64,000 bases of DNA from an uncultured delta proteobacterium (GTDB taxonomy: Bacteria > Desulfobacterota > Binatia > UBA9968): the NCBI GenBank assembly GCA_963727625.1, contig CAVSHR010000004.1, forward strand, positions 448,001 to 512,000. The letters are read 5' to 3'. Below are positions 59,322-64,000 of the stretch, one piece after another. The position numbers and the translations under genes are program-made. The stretch's first letter is position 1; each line of letters begins with the position of its first letter. Below the pieces are notes generated by a model. The model was not told the origin of the DNA. It ran no database searches and saw nothing but the letters and a program-made list of their open reading frames with translations.

Positions 59322-60314
59322 ATGAAAATTGTTTCGAGATTTCTTTTTGCTCTGTCGATTGGGCTGCTCTACAGCGCCACGCCTTTGTCCGCGGCTCAGC
59401 TGTTAACCAAGGTCATCATGACCACTGGGTCGTTCAGCGAACGCGAAGCGGCCATGTATGTGGCGCAGGATTATGGTTTTTTCCGCCGCCACGGTCTCGA
59501 ATTGACATTCGTTCAAGTGCGCAGCGGCCCCATCGGCATGGCCGCCCTCGCATCGGGCGAAAGCCAGTTTCATGAGGGCTCGGCTACGGGCGCCGTTCTC
59601 GGTTCCGCTGCTGAAGGAACCGATCTGGTTTTTGTCGCCGGCATGATCAACAAGCTCATCGGCAACATCATGGCTTCGCCGAAAATCAAAAGCCCCGCCG
59701 ATCTCAAGGGCAAAATGATCGGCGTTACCAGCGCCAGCGGCGGTAGCTGGATGTTTGTCACGCTGGCCCTCGAGTACTGGGGCTTGGACGCCAAACGCGA
59801 TGGCATCACCTTTCGTATTCTCGGCAACGAATCGGTGCGCAGCCAGGCGCTGGTGAACGACGCAATCGCGGCGACCCATCTCGGTTACACCTTTGCCGGC
59901 CCGCTCAAAGCCCGCGGCTTCACGAACCTTGCCGATCTCGCCCAACTCCCGATCCCGTTCCAGAGCACGGGAGTGATGACCACCAAGCGCTTCATTAACA
60001 CCTCGCCCGACGTGGTCGAAAACGTGCTGCGCGGCATCGTCGACTCGATGGCGTTTATCGCCCAGCCGGAAAACAAACCGGCGGTGCTCAAGAGTCTGGC
60101 CAAGGGGCTACGGCTGGCGAAGGTCGAGCAAGCAGTCGAAGGTTACGAAAGCCTCCCCAGACTCTACGAACGGCGGATCTTCCCCCGAGTCGACGGCATC
60201 CGCAACGTTATCCGGCTGCTCGGCGCCACCAACGAAAAAATTCGCAAGCTCAAAGCCGAAGACTTGGTCGATGAACGGTTCGTCAGGAAATTGGAGAAGG
60301 AAGGAAAGTTCTAA
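59322..60314 (+). CDS. ABC substrate-binding protein, NMT1/SsuA/TauA family (orphan)
   Basis: Signal peptide, YVAQDYGFFRRHGLE, AALASGE, IKSPADLKGK.IGV. Confidence 0.88.
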   Translation: MKIVSRFLFALSIGLLYSATPLSAAQLLTKVIMTTGSFSEREAAMYVAQDYGFFRRHGLELTFVQVRSGPIGMAALASGESQFHEGSATGAVLGSAAEGTDLVFVAGMINKLIGNIMASPKIKSPADLKGKMIGVTSASGGSWMFVTLALEYWGLDAKRDGITFRILGNESVRSQALVNDAIAATHLGYTFAGPLKARGFTNLADLAQLPIPFQSTGVMTTKRFINTSPDVVENVLRGIVDSMAFIAQPENKPAVLKSLAKGLRLAKVEQAVEGYESLPRLYERRIFPRVDGIRNVIRLLGATNEKIRKLKAEDLVDERFVRKLEKEGKF

Positions 60315-60356
60315 AAATCGGCAGCCGGTATTTCACCCGTCGCAAAGCTGGAATGG

Positions 60357-61082
60357 TTACGGCATCTCTTCCAGGAGCATGCCGAAGCCCGGCACCGGCT
60401 GCCGCACGTGCAGCCGTTTTTCCACCGCCCAGACCCGCGCCGGCACGGCGTGCACGACCGGAACTTGCAAATCCTCTTCGAGCAAATGAATGATGTCGAG
60501 GCAACGCCAGCCCGTGCCGAGCATGTAAATGCCATCGGCACCTGGATGTTTCAGAAATGCCCTGCGAGTATGCGCGTAAATCTCCGTTGACGCCAGGCGG
60601 CCGACGTCGGCAAAGGCGACTTCCATTCCCTCCATCGCCAGAACGTCGAAGCCCGCCCCTTGAAAATAACGAGCAAACATATCGTTGATGCTGCCGGTAA
60701 AATAAGTCACGCCGACGAATTTTTTAATGCCCAGTGCACGCAACGCCTCGACCTGCGTCTGTGCCGCGGTGACAATGGGCGTTTTAAATTCGCCTTCCCA
60801 TTCCTTGACGATCTTTGCTTCGCCGTCAAAGCCGTGGACCATGAACGGTGGCGCGCCCTCGGGATGGATCAGATCGACGCCCTCTTTGGCTAGCTCCTCA
60901 ACCTTTCCATGCACCGCATCGAGCGCGGCACGAAACTCGTCTTCAGTACCGCGTTGAAAATTTAGATAGACCGGCACCACGCCGATGCCTTCCGGCAAGA
61001 GACGGATAAATTCTTCCAGCGATCCCGGCCGGTGCGTCGGCTTAACCACGCCGACTACGCCGCGCCAACTTGTGAATACCAC
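60357..61082 (-). CDS. Maleate isomerase/arylmalonate decarboxylase (Asp/Glu racemase) superfamily protein
   Basis: GVVKP..RPG, LLPEGIGV, PIVTAAQTQVEALRALG, YFQGAGFDVL, LEEDLQVPVV. Confidence 0.8.
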   Translation of the reverse strand: MVFTSWRGVVGVVKPTHRPGSLEEFIRLLPEGIGVVPVYLNFQRGTEDEFRAALDAVHGKVEELAKEGVDLIHPEGAPPFMVHGFDGEAKIVKEWEGEFKTPIVTAAQTQVEALRALGIKKFVGVTYFTGSINDMFARYFQGAGFDVLAMEGMEVAFADVGRLASTEIYAHTRRAFLKHPGADGIYMLGTGWRCLDIIHLLEEDLQVPVVHAVPARVWAVEKRLHVRQPVPGFGMLLEEMP

Positions 61083-61106
61083 GTCGAACTCCTTTAAAAC
61101 GATGAC

Positions 61107-62579
61107 CTACCCTTTAAAGACTTTAGGGAACTTGGCCTTGAGCTCGGCTCGCACCTTCTCCGACACCTCGACGACTTTGGGAAACTCGCCGCGCAGCTTG
61201 CGATTGTACGGCTGGCAGGCGTCGATCAAAATTCTGTTATTAAAATTTCCCGGCAAAAACATTGGATCGCGTCCCGACGACCACGCCTTCTGAACCAGAT
61301 CGATATCGGTCATCGGATCGAAGCGCGTGCCCATGGCCCACAGCACCTGATCGATATCCGAGCAATCGACATCGTCGTCGACCACCACGGTCCATTTGCC
61401 GTTGTAGGCGCCGGCCATACAGTTGGACGCGACGTGCAACACATTGCGCGCATGGCCGGGATAGCGCTGGCGAATTTGGATCGCTGTAAAGCGCGTTGCC
61501 GGTGCGCCCTCGTGATTCCACACGCCGAGGATATCGGGTAGGCCGCAACCCTCCAGCGCGTTCCAGATTTCCGCCGCACCGGCGATACCCTTGAGCAAGC
61601 CGGTCTCGTCCACCGGTTTATGCTGCGGCGCGCAGGTCAGAATCGGATTATTGCGGTACATAACCGTCTTCACGTTAAGATAGGGCCGCGGCACCACGTC
61701 GTCGGAATAATAGCCCATCCACTCGCCAAACGGCCCTTCCGGTTTGCTCTGTCCCGGCACGGCTTCGCCTTCGATGACGATCTCGGCGTCGGCAGGAATC
61801 GGAAAACCGGTAAACGGCCCCTTTACGACTTCGACCGGTTCGCCGCGAATGCCGCCGGCAAAGTCATACTCTGAAACCCCGGATGGCAGCGGGCTGGCCG
61901 AAAGCATGTAAAGCAGCGGATCTTGGCCGCAGACGATGGCAAACTTACAGGTCTGGCCGCGCTCAAAATATTTGTCGCGGTGAATTCGGCCATGCTTGCC
62001 CTCGGTGATCTGACAGCCGATGGTTTTTGGGTCGTAAACCTCGCAGCGGTAGGCGCCGAAGTTGTACCACTCGGCGTCGGGATCTTTGGTGATACACATG
62101 TCCGCCGTGCCGATGTAGCGGTGGGTATCGGCTTGATGATGGATCGGCACCGGCAATTTCAGCACGTCGACTTTGTCGCCCTCCAAGACGTTCTCGAAAA
62201 TCGGCCCGGTCTTAACCATCCTCGGCTTGATCAGCTTCATGTCGGTCATGACATGATGGTAAGCCTTGACGATATCGGCTTTGTGTTCGTACTCAAGCGG
62301 CAAACCAAGCGTGAGCGCGACGCGCTTGATCGTCGAAAACTGACCGTAGAACGTTCGGTAGCCCTTCGGATAGCCTGGTACTTCATCGAAAAGAATTGCC
62401 GGCGCTTTGCCCTTGCCACCTTCGGTGAGCATCTGCGTGATTGCGCCCATCTCGCGGTCCCAGTGCGCCCCCTTGACCTTGAGCAGCTCGCCCATTTTCT
62501 CCACTTGGTCGATCCAATCGCGCAAACCGCGGTAGGTGACCGTGCCTTGTGAAGTGCCAATTCGTTCCGGGCGTGCCAT
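61107..62579 (-). CDS. UbiD-family (prFMN) decarboxylase
   Basis: LRDWI..VEKMGEL, PAILFDEVPGY, NFGAYR, IPADAEIVIEG, EGPFGEWMGYY, VVVDDDVD, VLWAMGTR, IDAC. Confidence 0.92.
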   Translation of the reverse strand: MARPERIGTSQGTVTYRGLRDWIDQVEKMGELLKVKGAHWDREMGAITQMLTEGGKGKAPAILFDEVPGYPKGYRTFYGQFSTIKRVALTLGLPLEYEHKADIVKAYHHVMTDMKLIKPRMVKTGPIFENVLEGDKVDVLKLPVPIHHQADTHRYIGTADMCITKDPDAEWYNFGAYRCEVYDPKTIGCQITEGKHGRIHRDKYFERGQTCKFAIVCGQDPLLYMLSASPLPSGVSEYDFAGGIRGEPVEVVKGPFTGFPIPADAEIVIEGEAVPGQSKPEGPFGEWMGYYSDDVVPRPYLNVKTVMYRNNPILTCAPQHKPVDETGLLKGIAGAAEIWNALEGCGLPDILGVWNHEGAPATRFTAIQIRQRYPGHARNVLHVASNCMAGAYNGKWTVVVDDDVDCSDIDQVLWAMGTRFDPMTDIDLVQKAWSSGRDPMFLPGNFNNRILIDACQPYNRKLRGEFPKVVEVSEKVRAELKAKFPKVFKG

Positions 62580-62760
62580 GAATTCCTCCGTAAAAACAGT
62601 GCAATACAACGAACAGCTTACCTTACGTTCGATGCCCGGGGATGTCAAGAAAGAGTCGCCGCGCGGCTCTTGTCGCCCGGCATGGGTTAATGCTATGACC
62701 CCAATCAGCCTGCAGCTTGATCTTTCATCTTCGCACCAATACGCGATCGGTGAGGGTTCG

Positions 62761-63240
62761 ATGACAGCAAGAAAGACTTACGATCAGCAATTACGCACGA
62801 TCGGCCAATCGCTCGAAGCACAACGCATCAACGTATTCGAGCTCAGCAACCAAGGGGATGTTTACGTGATCAAGGGCGAGCCGGATCAGGAAACTTCACT
62901 GCTTGCCACGTTGAAAAGATGGCAGGGGCGAATGCGGCGTGAGGGAGTCGCGTCTTCGTTGACATTCACTTGTACCGACATCGAAGAACTGGATCGGCAA
63001 GGGCGAGCGAATCGAGCAAAAACCAACCGCCTCCCCGACTTCCACAGCCTGCCAAATACATTGAGAACAGTAGGATCCTACGTGGAGTCCAAAGAGGGGG
63101 AACTTATCGAACTGCGAAAACGTCAACTCAGCGTCTTGATCCTCACGCGCAGCAAATTCGGCCATCCAGAGTTCGAAGAGAAAAGTCTCGGTTCGTTTTA
63201 CGATCTTTTTCTCCGCTTGCACGATAAACGAGGCAAGTGA
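62761..63240 (+). CDS. Hypothetical protein with an internal repeat
   Basis: 159-aa ORF with RBS GAGGG; QLRTIGQSLE and TLRTVGSYVE repeats. Confidence 0.65.
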   Translation: MTARKTYDQQLRTIGQSLEAQRINVFELSNQGDVYVIKGEPDQETSLLATLKRWQGRMRREGVASSLTFTCTDIEELDRQGRANRAKTNRLPDFHSLPNTLRTVGSYVESKEGELIELRKRQLSVLILTRSKFGHPEFEEKSLGSFYDLFLRLHDKRGK

Positions 63241-63389
63241 GCAACTAGGATTGAAATTGCTCGACCGTTGAAAAAACTGCTATCTCGGAGATCGTTCCAG
63301 CGACCAGAAACTTAGCCGGAGAACGACTCCACAGGCACCTCCCCGCAGTATCATTCGCTCATCGCGCGCGTTCTCAAACGCAGCTAGGC

Positions 63390-63992
63390 CTAACCCGCCT
63401 TTTCCCTAAGCATCTTCTTCAAATTTTCGAAAGACGATTTCGAGATGACGCGGTCGAACTGAGAGCGGTAGTTGTTGACGATGCTGATGTTTTCGACCAC
63501 CGCGTCGTAGACTTTCCATTTTTCATCGGTGTGCCTGAGCCGATAGACGATGGAACTCTCCTCACCCTTGGCGTTAATCACCGTCGATTCCACCTGGGCG
63601 TAATCCTGATCGATCGTCTCGCGTCCGAAAGTCACCTTCTCGCCATCATAGACATCGACTCGATCGGAATAAATCTTTTCTAAGAATGCGCGAAACAGCG
63701 TGGTAAATTCTTCCTGCTCTTCCGGGCTGCGCCGGCGCCAGTGCCGCCCCAGCGAGCGGCGCGCCATTTCCTTGTAATCGAAAATCGGATTGATGATTTC
63801 TTTCAAGCGCTCGATGCGCTCTTTCTTTTGATCCAGCCCTTTTAATTTAAGATCGCGCAGAACCGCGATCGCTGCTTCCGCCGCGGTCTTGACGAGGTTG
63901 AGCGGTTCTCCGGCTTGGGCCGCACCGACTCCGGCGAAACAAAGTGCCGTGAAAAGTAAAATCAACGATTGGGTCGATCTAGACAACTTCAT
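63390..63992 (-). CDS. mlaC: MlaC/Ttg2D phospholipid-binding periplasmic protein
   Basis: FDYKEMARRSLGRHWR, WKVYDAVVENISIVNNYRSQF; signal peptide and RBS GAGG. Confidence 0.9.
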   Translation of the reverse strand: MKLSRSTQSLILLFTALCFAGVGAAQAGEPLNLVKTAAEAAIAVLRDLKLKGLDQKKERIERLKEIINPIFDYKEMARRSLGRHWRRRSPEEQEEFTTLFRAFLEKIYSDRVDVYDGEKVTFGRETIDQDYAQVESTVINAKGEESSIVYRLRHTDEKWKVYDAVVENISIVNNYRSQFDRVISKSSFENLKKMLREKAG

Positions 63993-64000
63993 AACCTCAC

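Noticed and set aside
1-64000. Numerous long antisense or overlapping ORFs (e.g. 35652-37094 +, 33871-34653 +, 53024-54004 +)
   Set aside because: Shadow frames of GC-rich coding genes with no motifs.
1-64000. CRISPR array, rRNA, tRNA, prophage or integron integrase
   Set aside because: No regularly spaced 25-45-bp repeats, no structural RNA signatures and no tyrosine recombinase or phage ORFs were seen.

Overview
GC-rich bacterial chromosomal segment. The gene content (orphan solute-binding proteins, amidohydrolases, UbiD and VOC paralogues) resembles Deltaproteobacteria/Ca. Binatia, but that placement is inference only. The left third is mostly housekeeping: Rrf2-sufC-sufD, def, cofH, aspS-hisS, a fluoride riboswitch-crcB-DUF190 unit and aapJQM. 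The rest is catabolic and accessory: FAD monooxygenase, amidohydrolases, a molybdopterin oxidoreductase, tupABC plus regulator, UbiD decarboxylases, an HpaB-like oxygenase, cobalt nitrile hydratase, RavA/ViaA, an acyl-CoA dehydrogenase pair and a sulfatase. The most striking part is 37-44.2 kb, where small mobile or defence units sit singly between metabolic genes. These are a broken RAYT transposase with its REP, a toxin-antitoxin pair bracketed by two diverged copies of an amidohydrolase 3' end, an orphan HicB inside the nitrile hydratase operon, and an AT-rich UG/Abi-type (DRT-like) reverse transcriptase followed by a canonical 60-bp integron attC site. No integron integrase is present in the window. 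Several intergenic hairpins have arms built from tandem 7-8-nt repeats. No rRNA, tRNA or CRISPR array was recognised. All product calls are by motif recognition, with no database search.
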